Assembly: GCA_040954595.2 (NCBI GenBank)
Contig: CM082597.2
Coordinates: 5,895,244 to 5,959,243 of the forward strand
DNA length: 64,000 bases
Source: Balanoglossus misakiensis
Lineage: Eukaryota > Animalia > Hemichordata
Direction of reading: 5' to 3'
Positions 1 to 11,100 of the stretch are shown one piece after another; the first letter of the stretch is position 1; every line of letters starts with the position of its first letter. The notes below the pieces were generated by a model. That model made no database searches, was not told the origin of the DNA, and saw nothing but the letters and a program-made list of their open reading frames with translations. The translations under genes were made by a program, and so were the position numbers.

Positions 1-181
1 CTTTACCATTTATTCATTTTGGGCGAGTTTTTACTCTTATATCATACAAGTGGGATGGAAGGTGTGTGTGGTTGAACATTTATTCACTATATATCCACAT
101 GTACATTAACATAAACAGTGTCTTGTAACAAACATAATTGATGGAAAAAAGGGCAGCAAGAGAGAGACTTTGTCCCTTTAA
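1..181. mobile_element. Right part of foldback MITE family A (TTAA-flanked, Kolobok-type termini), cut by window edge
   Basis: Ends ...gagagactttgtccct-TTAA, the same terminus as the full copies at 24432-24789 and 52616-52971. Confidence 0.85.
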
Positions 182-297
182 GTGACCCCAGTGAACCATT
201 TTGGCCACTAATACTGGTGAGTGACAGCATACTAGTATACATCAATAGCGCCCCCACCAACCACAGTGAAATCTTTCATTAGCTTCAAACAAAGTCT

Positions 298-1983
298 TTA
301 ATCTTTCATCTTAATTTGATCCAGCGCCATTGTTGCCACTTCTTTCCGCTTGATCTTACCAGTTGGTGTTGTCGGAAAACTGTCAAAGAACAAGATATAC
401 TTCGGAAGAAGGAACGGATCAAGCTTTTTCTTCAGGAGATCCAAAATTTCCTTCTTTGTGCATGATTCACCGTGCTGAAGAACAACGCATAGACAAATCT
501 CGCTGCCCATTTCCTCGTCTGGCACGGCTACAGCCTGACACAGCTTCACAGTGGAATGACCAACAAAATGTCTCTCAATTGCAACGGGATAGATTTTCCT
601 GGCATCTTTTATGATAAGATCATCTTTCCTCCCCAACACGCGAATTCTTCCATCCTCAAGCATGATTCCTATGTCTCCAGTGATAAACCAACCCGATTCT
701 GTTTTCGCGGCCTTTGTCTTCTCGTCGTCTCCCATGTAATGCGAGAAGACACGTGGACCACGAACGCAGATTTCCCCTTCAGTATTGATTGGAACAATTC
801 TGAAATCGTCGTCAACTATTTTCATCTCCACATGCGGAGCTGGTCGGCCAACTGTTGTGCAGTTTCCATCGTCGGGGTCACTTGCCGGATGATATGTACA
901 GCCAAGAGCTTCTGTGCTGCCATATGTGTTTTGTATGTTAGGCGTCAGAGTTTCCTTCAATCTCTCTAGAATACCATCTGGCAGGACATTCCCTGCAATG
1001 ACCGCCAAATTCATCGAGGACAAATCATGTCTGTGCTCCAAGTTGGCTGTCTGAAAGGCAAGGGAAGGAAAAAGAGTTGTAGAAGTGCACCGTTCTTTCT
1101 CTAGGACTCTGGTGACTAAAGCAACATCAGCTGACTCTGTCATCACGAGACGGTCACCGCCCACAACCATCGACGACATATTCCCATCCAAACCAACACC
1201 AAAGCATGGTAAACAGAGAAGATGGCATCCCGGTTTTCCGCCATTCAGCTGGGCTTGTGTAGCGAAGACGAAAATGTAGAATTCCGCAAGAGCATGATGG
1301 GTATGGACGACGGCCTTGCTCATACCCGTACTGCCAGAAGTATAAAAAATCAGAGCATGGTCGTCTGGTTGAATTTCTTCTTGCACACTCTGAATTTGTG
1401 AATGTGGTGCACACATATTGATGACGTCATAGAAGGAAACCCAGGCCCTTTCTTTCTTCGTCGAATCAACACTGATGTAACAACGAACACTTGGCAGAGG
1501 CCCAGATGTGCTCAGACCAGTGACCCTATCTAGTTCGGGAACTATCTCAGAGAGCACAGGAAGATGATCATCGTCAACTACTAGAGCAGCGCAGCTGATT
1601 TTATTGATTTGTCTTGCGAGGTCCTCAGCCTTCAGCACCGTATGGAGTCGAACAGCAACCAATCCAGCTTTAGCCGCAGCCAAGTAAGTCACGATGTACT
1701 CGTATCTCCTGCCAAGAACAAGGCCCAGCCTTTCGCCCTTTTGCAGACCGAGTTTCACTAAGCCAGAAGCGAATCCATCCACTTGACGCCTCAATTCTTG
1801 GAAGGTTATCCGTTTGACGGAATCATTCTTTCGGTAGTCAGTTATTGCTTCTCTGTCAGGATAACAATCACTGGTTAAATCAAAGAGTTGACCGATGGTC
1901 TTTCCACAAAATCTTTGCTGTCCTGGTGTATGGCAGTAGCTTCTAGTCAGCTTCGGCATCGACGCAAGAACTTGTGCGGCCAT
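298..1983 (-). CDS. ACSF2-like acyl-CoA synthetase (ANL adenylate-forming enzyme), copy 1, 561 aa, intronless CDS
   Basis: AMP-binding motifs YTSGSTGMSK, YGSTE, GEICVRGP, TGDIG, GRKDDLI and PTTPTGKI. The N-terminus SYCH..KTIGQ..PDREA resembles mature ACSF2. Predicted 5'UTR intron 2025-2326. Confidence 0.9.
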   Translation of the reverse strand: MAAQVLASMPKLTRSYCHTPGQQRFCGKTIGQLFDLTSDCYPDREAITDYRKNDSVKRITFQELRRQVDGFASGLVKLGLQKGERLGLVLGRRYEYIVTYLAAAKAGLVAVRLHTVLKAEDLARQINKISCAALVVDDDHLPVLSEIVPELDRVTGLSTSGPLPSVRCYISVDSTKKERAWVSFYDVINMCAPHSQIQSVQEEIQPDDHALIFYTSGSTGMSKAVVHTHHALAEFYIFVFATQAQLNGGKPGCHLLCLPCFGVGLDGNMSSMVVGGDRLVMTESADVALVTRVLEKERCTSTTLFPSLAFQTANLEHRHDLSSMNLAVIAGNVLPDGILERLKETLTPNIQNTYGSTEALGCTYHPASDPDDGNCTTVGRPAPHVEMKIVDDDFRIVPINTEGEICVRGPRVFSHYMGDDEKTKAAKTESGWFITGDIGIMLEDGRIRVLGRKDDLIIKDARKIYPVAIERHFVGHSTVKLCQAVAVPDEEMGSEICLCVVLQHGESCTKKEILDLLKKKLDPFLLPKYILFFDSFPTTPTGKIKRKEVATMALDQIKMKD

Positions 1984-2326
1984 TTTTTACCAAGTGATGA
2001 AACTATTACTGATGTGGACCAATTCTGAAATGGATGAAAATATGGTGGACGTTGGTGTTATGGAAAAAAATACTAGCCTCATTCGTGAATAATATAGAGC
2101 AACATGACTTGAGGTCATTTGATGGGTTCACCGCCCGAGGGCGTACTACGTTTCGTTTTGTCCTGAATTTTCAGTGTGTCGTAGTTTCTTCGACATTTCA
2201 GAATACTGAGTGGACGCAAGATGAAAAAAGAATAGCATATTTCGCCCCATGTTGCCATGTACAACTAACAACCGAGCACATGCCCCGTATGTTACATGTG
2301 TTGGTCTTAAAAATGATTATACTTAC

Positions 2327-2530
2327 CTCAGATATACTAGTAGTCTGCAAGAGGAAAAAATGCACCGACCGACTGACCAAAGCACAGTTCTTCTCGCGAA
2401 GTGCATACGTAGAATAGAGGGTAGCTCAACGTCCATTCAGATAAGTTCACAGCTCGCTGAATTAATGACCCTGATGGCGCTGTTATCACGTTCGATATTT
2501 TCTAATGTCGCTGATTGGCCAATACATGAT
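2327..2530 (-). promoter_or_regulatory. Putative non-coding first exon and promoter of ACSF2-like copy 1
   Basis: AG|GTAAGT donor at 2326 and TTTCAG acceptor at 2025. The palindromic double CCAAT (ATTGGCCAAT, ~2514-2523) is conserved in the copy-2 upstream region. Confidence 0.55.
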
Positions 2531-2907
2531 ATGTACCATGACTCGAAACTGGGTCAGTTTGACAAAACTGATAAGATTGGTTTGGATATTAACTTATCCA
2601 ATATTGTTTTCCCCGCGGCGATTGTTGTCTAGAGGGGGTAATTTCATGAGGTTAATGTTTCTTTTTTTGACCTGTACAATTAGCTTCTGTGATGATATGA
2701 TGTTGGTACGTTGTCCATAAGCAATTTCCACATGTTGATAATCCTTCCAAACAATTCTGTACGTACTTCACGATTTGTTCATTGCTTATTTACTCTTCAC
2801 CATAATAATGTATGTCCTGTGTCATGAACCTAAGTATTTTCATGACCTATATATACCACCTTTTCTGTTTTGTGCTATTTCTGCGATGGTTACGATGGCG
2901 AAATACG

Positions 2908-3823
2908 TTAAAGGCACGTAAGCTGTAACTTTTGGGATAATTTTCATAATTTTTGTTTCAAACTGCACTAACATTAATCCATGCAGATGAAGGCAGTGAA
3001 CAATACACAAGCATAATAAACCCTAAATATGAGTGCATATGCAAGTTTTAACTAGATAAATAATAAAGCTTTGCCGCAAGCGATTATGGCCGCCACCGTG
3101 GGAAAATGCAAGAATCAATGAAAATGTTGCATTTCCGGTTATGAAACTTCATAAACAAAACATGATTTCATCCACTTGAGCTCATGGATTCCGAAGTAAA
3201 TGTACACCGCTGAGACATTATATTTTCCTTTTTCATTGCAATATTGCACTTTTTTTTAAAAATGGCAGGAATTTTTGGTCGAATGCCGTGGGCCTTGGTC
3301 TTAATATCTCTTGAAGTAGGAATTGTTAAACCTGAAATCTTCACAGGGAATCGGGGAACTGGTAGGTGCACTTGCCTTGAACTGAAGTTAGGGTTGTAAG
3401 CCATTTTATTCTGCATATACCACAGGGATTTATTCAGGGAAATTTTAGAAAAATTATTTGATAGAAACTGAATAAGTTTGTTGTCTGTCAACTCTTCTGT
3501 CTTTGTCTTGATACAGTTCTAACCTGAACATTGAGGCTTCTCTGCTTGTGCACAGTGTAAACAATGGCACAGTATTATTATATGCATGATAAAATGCGCC
3601 CTCTTTTGGTGAACCCTTCCTACCGCCTGACCTGTGTGATTAGCGTCGCGTCCACAGGACGCTTAGTTCTACACATAACGCGCACGCGCATTTTATTTTC
3701 ATTATCACACAGTCTTGGAGCATAACTAACCTAATATCAGTAAGCTTATTTAGATGGACCAATTCAAATTGGAAAATAAAATCGTGGAAAAAATGCAAAA
3801 AGTGGCAGCTCTAGAGTCTTTAA
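2908..3823. mobile_element. Kolobok-type non-autonomous element with imperfect TIRs between the two ACSF2-like copies
   Basis: TTAA-aggcacgtaagctg ... cagctctagagtct-TTAA. The left part recurs at ~9063-9690. The right ~85 bp match the end of the elements at 21011-21376 and 28983-29341. Confidence 0.55.
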
Positions 3824-5505
3824 TCTTTCATCTTAAGTTGATCCAGCGCCATTGTTGCCACTTCTTTCCGCTTGATCTTACCAGTTGGTGTTGTCGGAAA
3901 ACTGTCAAAGAACAAGATGTACTTCGGAACAAGGAACGGATCAAGCTTTTTCTTCAAGAGATCCAAAATTTCCTTCTTTGTGCATGATTCACCGTGCTGA
4001 AGAACAACGCATAGACAAATCTCGCTGCCCATTTCCTCGTCTGGCACGGCTACAGCCTGACACAGCTTCACAGTGGAATGACCAACAAAATGTCTCTCAA
4101 TTGCAACGGGATAGATTTTCCTGGCATCTTTTATGATAAGATCATCTTTCCTCCCCAACACGCGAAGTCTTCCATCCTCAAGCATGATTCCCATGTCTCC
4201 AGTGATAAACCAACCTGATTCTGTTTTCGCGGCTTTTGTCTTCTCGTCGTCTCCCATGTAATGCGAGAAGACACGTGGACCACGAACGCAGATTTCTCCT
4301 TCAGTATTGATTGGAGCAATTCTGAAATGGTCGTCCACTATTTTCATCTCCACATGCGGAGCTGGTCGGCCAACTGTTGTGCATTTTCCATCGTCGGGGT
4401 CACTTGCCGGATGATATGTACAGCCAAGAGCTTCTGTACTGCCATATGTGTTTTGTATGTTCGGGGTCAGAGTTTCCTTCAATCTCTCTAGAATACCATC
4501 TGGCAGGACATTCCCTGCAATGACCGCCAAATTCATCGAGGACAAATCATGTCTGTGCTCTACGTTGGCTGTCTGAAAGGCAAGGGAAGGAAAAAGAGTT
4601 GTAGACGTGCACCGTTCTTTCTCCAGAACTCTGGCGACTAAAGCAACATCAGCTGACTCTGTCATCACGAGACGGTCACCACCCACAACCATTGACGACA
4701 TATTCCCATCCAAACCAACACCAAAGCATGGTAAACAGAGAAGATGACAGCCTGGTTTTCCTCCATTCAGCTGGGCTTGTGTAGCGAAGACGAAAATGTA
4801 GAATTCCACAAGTGCATGATGAGTATGGACGACGGCCTTGCTCATACCCGTACTGCCAGAAGTATAAAAAATCAGAGCATGGTCGTGTGGTTGAATGCCT
4901 TCTTGCACACTCTGAATTTGTGAATGTGGTGCACACATATTGATGACGTCATAGAAGGAAACCCAGGCTCTGTCTTTCTTCGTCGAATCAACACTGATGT
5001 AACAACGAACACTTGGGAGAGGCCCAGATGTGCTCTGACCAGTGACCCTATCTACTTCGGGAACTATATCAGAGAGCACAGGAAGATGGTCATCGTCAAC
5101 TACTAGAGCAGCGCAGCTAATTTTATTGATTTGTCTTGCGAGGTCCTCAGCCTTCAGCACCGTATGGAGTCGAACAGCGACCAAACCAGCCTTAGCCGCA
5201 GCCAAGTAAGCCACGATGTACTCGTATCTCCTGCCAAGAACAAGGCCCAGCCTTTCGCCCTTTTGCAGACCGAGTTTCAATAAGCCAGAAGCCAATCTAT
5301 CCACTTGACGCCTCAATTCTTTGAAGGTTATCCGTTTGACGGAATCATTCTTTCGGTAGTCAGTTATTGCTTCTCTGTCAGGATAACGATCACTGGTTAA
5401 ATCAAAGAGTTGACCGATGGTCTTTCCATAAAATCTTTGCTGTCCTGGTGTATGGCAGTAACTTCTAGTTAGCTTAGGCATCGATGCAAGAACTTGTGCG
5501 GCCAT
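3820..5505 (-). CDS. ACSF2-like acyl-CoA synthetase, copy 2, 561 aa, intronless CDS
   Basis: Same length and motifs as copy 1, with about 23 amino-acid differences by manual comparison. Predicted 5'UTR intron 5547-6240. Confidence 0.9.
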   Translation of the reverse strand: MAAQVLASMPKLTRSYCHTPGQQRFYGKTIGQLFDLTSDRYPDREAITDYRKNDSVKRITFKELRRQVDRLASGLLKLGLQKGERLGLVLGRRYEYIVAYLAAAKAGLVAVRLHTVLKAEDLARQINKISCAALVVDDDHLPVLSDIVPEVDRVTGQSTSGPLPSVRCYISVDSTKKDRAWVSFYDVINMCAPHSQIQSVQEGIQPHDHALIFYTSGSTGMSKAVVHTHHALVEFYIFVFATQAQLNGGKPGCHLLCLPCFGVGLDGNMSSMVVGGDRLVMTESADVALVARVLEKERCTSTTLFPSLAFQTANVEHRHDLSSMNLAVIAGNVLPDGILERLKETLTPNIQNTYGSTEALGCTYHPASDPDDGKCTTVGRPAPHVEMKIVDDHFRIAPINTEGEICVRGPRVFSHYMGDDEKTKAAKTESGWFITGDMGIMLEDGRLRVLGRKDDLIIKDARKIYPVAIERHFVGHSTVKLCQAVAVPDEEMGSEICLCVVLQHGESCTKKEILDLLKKKLDPFLVPKYILFFDSFPTTPTGKIKRKEVATMALDQLKMKD

Positions 5506-6240
5506 TTTTTACCAAGTGATGAAACTATTACTGATGTGGACCAATTCTGAAATGGATGAACACGGTGGTGATTGTCAGCCTGTACATAATCCCAACTGAG
5601 TCACAGTCACACCACAAAGTGACCGTGCCCTAGAGTATACTTGCAGACTCTTACTGTGAGTTTCACTGATCACTGCGTCTCACATGACTAGACAGGCAGC
5701 CTAAAGGAGATGTCACGTAGAAAGACGCAGATACAGGCCATCCGCCATTTTGTACTGTTTGACATACCGGAAGTGGGCTAATGCGCATGTCTGTTGTAAA
5801 ATTATACGTACATTTGCGTCGGTAGTTGTGTTGATTTTAGCTTCACTTCCATAAACTGTTGTTTTAAAAAAAATACATATATTCAGGAAGGGTAAAATGA
5901 TTGTCAAGAAACCCGACAGATTATTATGTAGCCTGGAAGTAATAGTGACCAATGAGAGTGTTCATTTATTAGCCAATCAGATTCCGCAATTTCTAAAACC
6001 CAACACACCATATTTGAACATTGTGGTGATGTTAAAAATAGTAAGTCAAATCATTACATCTTACATAAAGCATGAGAAAAATGTCACATAAAGGCAATTT
6101 CATTTTGTGTTAAATGTTCAGTGTATATTGTTTAGACCTTTCAGAATATGGAGTGTACACACGACGTTTGTTGCCGTGTACAACTATTAGCCGAGAACAC
6201 ACCCTGTTACATGTGTTAGGGTAAAACTGATTATACTTAC

Positions 6241-6455
6241 CTCAGATATAGCCTACAAATGCCAAAATTCACAGACCAACCGACCAAAGCACAGTGGTTC
6301 TCGCTAAGGACATACGTAGAATAGAGGTTACCTCAACTTCTATTCAGATCACAGCTCACCGAACTTTGGTATATATCAGATAACCTTAATGACCCTAATG
6401 GCGCTGCTATCACGTTTGTTATTTTCCGTTGTCGCTGATTGGCCAATACATGACA
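6241..6455 (-). promoter_or_regulatory. Putative non-coding first exon and promoter of ACSF2-like copy 2
   Basis: Donor AG|GTAAGT at 6240 and conserved ATTGGCCAAT (~6438-6447). Homologous to 2327-2530. Confidence 0.55.
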
Positions 6456-7316
6456 GGTGATATAATCATGGAATAACTCGTGTTGACATAGTGACAAGAC
6501 TGGTTAGATTGGTTTGTATATTAACTTATCAAATATTGTTTTCCCGGCGATTGTTGTCTGGAGAGGGTAATTTCATAAGGTCGATGTTCCTTTTGAAGAT
6601 AAAGTACAATGTACTAGATAGCAGTATCTTCCTTTTTGAGGATTTTACCTGTCACTCACAATAACCCTAGTTTTCTAATTCAGTAGTTATATTATTATAT
6701 ATTATTACTGAAAACAAATACGTACATAATTGTCTTATCTCATGTGAACCCCTATATGTATCACATATCACGTACAACTTCAAACAAACTTACAATGTTA
6801 AAAAAAGAGAGAATCGTAGATAAGTATATGAAAATCAATATGTTGAGGTTTGATGCTTAACGTCAAATGATGAAATGCTCAATGTTTGATTCGCGCCTAA
6901 TATCTACGTAAAATGATATGGTATATTTGCGCTGGATTCGGTAAACAGAATAACACGTCATCGGCTTGGACTTTTCCCTTTACATGAATCGGTCTATAAG
7001 CATATAGGATGACTAATTTCTTGCCACCTAGGTGAGTGATGAAAATCCCACAATTTCAAGATGGCCGATTGTTGCCATGTTTAAGAAATGGAAGTCGATA
7101 GGCTGAGGTGATACAGGGTCATTCTCATACTTCGTAAAAGAAAAACCAAAATGTGAAAAAAGTTGGATGTGTTTAACAAGCTAACTACAAAGGATTTTTG
7201 ACCAAAGGAAGTCATAAAATGCAGTTAAAATATAATTTCTTCAAACTCTTCCGACGCGTACGAGGTGTTGTTGACCTTTTACCCAGAATGCAATTATTAT
7301 AATGTTATGTGACCCC

Positions 7317-8133
7317 CTAGCACCCAGCCTCGTCCACGGCGTCATTCTCTTGATTGGTGACTTCGTCTTGTGGACCAGGGTTATTTTGTGGGTACCCAGC
7401 TTGGAGGTCACGTTGGTTTAGTTCCATTTCACTGATTGAGGAAAGGTGGGGGTTTCCCTCTGGTGGACTTACTGTGTTGCAGGCGTTGATATGGCCCGAC
7501 TGAATGGCGTAAGGCTCAAAGACTCCTGCATCACCGATGGATGCCGATTCACAGGTTTGCGGGAGATCATTGCTGTTGTCGTCGGTACATGCACCACACC
7601 GCGGTTCACCGAGAGGTTCGACCGGATACTCGCTGTTCCTGAATGTGCAATTCGTGGCCGGTGGTACCGTATAACTGTAGTCAGTCGGGCGTTCATCCAA
7701 GACCACGTTCTGGTGCACATCCATTCCCTCGTTCGCGTACGTTGGCAAAGACCGAGGGTTTGTATTCAGTGCGGGTTCGTGCAGCGCCTGGGTTGACGAA
7801 GAACGGAGCGACAAATACGAGTGGCGGAAAACTGCACCGGTAACATTGGATTCAATAATCCCGCCCTGAACGGATGTTAGTTCAGAGACTGACTCGTAAT
7901 GATCGTTTCCACGTTCCTCGGCCAAAGTGGGCGCTTCTGCGGTGCCTGGGTCTTGCTCCCGCGGGAGCGTGGATTTGTTAGCAAATGCGAAATATCTCCT
8001 GCGAAAAAAACGTTAAAGAAACAGGATGGATTGAAAGTTTGTTTCCTGTGTTTTGTTTATGCTTTATTCGTAGCGTACTTGAAAGTCCTATGGCCATACT
8101 GATCACTTGCGAAACGAAAGTTTATCCTGTTTT

Positions 8134-8170
<37 letters not shown>

Positions 8171-11100
8171 ACAAACGTGCGGTGTATATCTTTCAAATAC
8201 CAGGCCACAAATAAATTTTCCACAAGATTATAAATGCCAAGTTAGCTTACTTATCGTCGATTATCTGTGTTCACAAATTTGGTAGGAATAAAAAACCTCT
8301 GAATAACTGACACAATGGATCTTCGAATACCAAATCTTTCGGTACTGGGCGTACACACATGACCTTACTTACCGACACATGAAAACAACAAGAATAGTGC
8401 ACGACACAGCCACGATTAGTGATGTTAATCCAACTATCGTCAGAGTAGGCGAATCTGCAGAGAGTAAAATGACTATTGTTCGACTAAAATCTTTATCAGA
8501 ATAAGAATCACGTTTACCTTTTTACGAAAGTTTCCTAAAAACACTTCTGTTTCTTGTTTTAATGTAAAAAAAAATATAACTTAAAAGACTGCCATATAAA
8601 TTTTCCCATGTCTTTGAGCCAAAGTATCTATTTTATTCAAAAGAGAATGTTGCCTTCTATCATACGTTCATCACTGTATTACACGTGGTCATTGTCTATC
8701 AAGCCACCCTAGAACCCCTCAATTTCTTGAGGCATCTTATGTTCATTTGGAAGCGCCTGTACATAAACTTTGTGTGTGTGGACACAACGCGACTGAAAGG
8801 ATTAATGCTCTGTGTCTATCGGCAAATAGTGTCTCAAATTGTACCCTGTGTGAACCTGGTAACTGTTGGCATACTCACGTTCAATCACGGACTTCTCGCA
8901 GGCAGGACCAGACCACTGCTGAGTGCACGTGCAGATATACCCATGGTCCGTGTCCAGACATGTGCCATTGTTTTTACACGGTGTTAGAGAACACATCGAC
9001 TGCACTGTGCGAATGGAAAAGATGGGGAAGTGTTGTTGGGAAGTATGGTTGGTATATAGCAACTAAAGGCACATAAGCTGGAACTTTTGGGATGATTATA
9101 ATTTTTTTTCAAACTGTACTACCATTAGCCCCCCCCCCCCCCAAATATATATGTTCTGAAGTATATACATGTGTTATAAACACTATTATAACACACCATG
9201 CAGCGAACCCTCGATCGTGATTCATCAATACGACGTCACGTGACCTTAGTCATTTCGAACTGTTGCCTTGGGCATCAGTTCGATCGGTTTGGTGTGTTAT
9301 AAAACACATGATGGCTGACATATTCGGGCAACAGTGTATTTTTAATGACCTCGGGACTGCCAGCCACACCAAAACAGTCCAAGACTGTTTTAGTTGTGAC
9401 TAGCAGTGCCCTCGGTCATCAAAATACACTGTTGCCCTCATTGTCAGTCATCATGTGTATACTGTATGAGTGCATAGACAAATTTTAACAAGATGGATGA
9501 TAAAGCTTTGCCGCAAAGAAATATGGCCGCCACCGTGGGAAAATGCAAAATTCAATGCAAATGTAACATTTTCCACAATGAAACTTCAAAAAACAAAGCA
9601 TAATCTCATCCACAGGAAGTCATAGAAGTAGTTGTACTGCAATGAGACATTACATTGCAATATTTCACTTTAAAAATGTGGGAATTTTAGAGGCCATTTT
9701 GTCATAAATGAGTGTTATCTTATGTGTAAATAACGTGTCGTATAAGAGAACGTGCAAAAAATAGTGTTTATGGGTTAAATGTTTTCCCGTAATCTTTTCA
9801 ACTTGTAAGATATTTAAACAATGTCATAAGTATGACATACCACATGATCATAATACACGTAATAAACTGCATGGTCTAGTAAAAAATCATATTGTCAACC
9901 TCTGTCAGCCCTTTTACGTTTTTCAGAAGAAGTTGAACTTACGACAAAGTAGCATTACGTCGACACTCCATTCGCCATTGTCCCGACAAGTAATTTCATC
10001 ATTTGTGATTGGTGTATATCCATCATTACAGGAGAAATTACACGATTTCGCTCTTGTGTTATCACAGTCGTCCGATAGTCGACCATTCGTGATGTTCTGG
10101 GGGCATGTCGAATCTTAATAAATGACACGAATCAAAAACAGTTTGTCATTATCAAACATTATGTTAAGATTATGTATAATTATACTGACGCATTTGAAGA
10201 TCACAAGAGGCTTATCTACAAAACATTAATTTAATTATTGCTATGTTCGAATGTTGCAAGGAGAGTTATTTCAAGAGTAACTGATTTCGTAGAACAACAC
10301 TTGAAGCTATAGTTACTTCTTAGCTATTACCAAGATGTATATAGAACATTATATTTTGACCAAAAATTAAGGTTTGTGCACAATGTATTTTATACGATCT
10401 GAGTTGTGCATGTAGTCAGATATGACTCATACTTGAACGGAATTTTATTAGCAACTGACCAAAACCATTTAAGGATGTACGTGCAGAACTTAAACTGATA
10501 AACAGTGCACGCGTGTCTTTTTCCATAAGATTACATTCATAATTGCTCGAAAACTAACTTCTACTATTGTCATTTTCACGAAATTTTACACATAGCTCAG
10601 TCAAGTAACTATAAATTCATCCGTAAAATAAAATCATGTGGTCACCGCGCTCTATTTTGAGATAAATTACGTTACAATTTTTGCCCATAGACAAACCATT
10701 GGTGAAAAATGCTGAGTCAGCAGTTTTCTTCTATTATCGACTAAATTCACGGCTCTGTATTTCAATAACAAGCGTGGTGACCCTTATGTTTTATACATAC
10801 AAATGATAATCCAAAAATCAACAATTAAAAGAAATGACAATACGTTCAATGTTACTGAACGTACATCCTTAACTTACAATTTTGACAGAGCGTATGTGTG
10901 TCAACACTCCACTCGCCACTGGAGGTGCACATGACGACATCTCGTGTCGACCGTTCGTGTTCGCCGAAGCACAGGAAGTCACAAGTCAGGCCATCAACAT
11001 TGATGCAGCTTTCCTCGAATCTTCCATTTGGAATTACAAGTGGACACCTGGAGACTGAATTTGTAGGGCACAGTTATACTAGTATTCTAGTGTTTACCCT

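Noticed and set aside
298-5505. Bacterial horizontal transfer or contamination for the intronless ligases
   Set aside because: The N-terminus resembles animal ACSF2, and both copies have a spliceosomal 5'UTR intron, CCAAT promoter and host transposons nearby.
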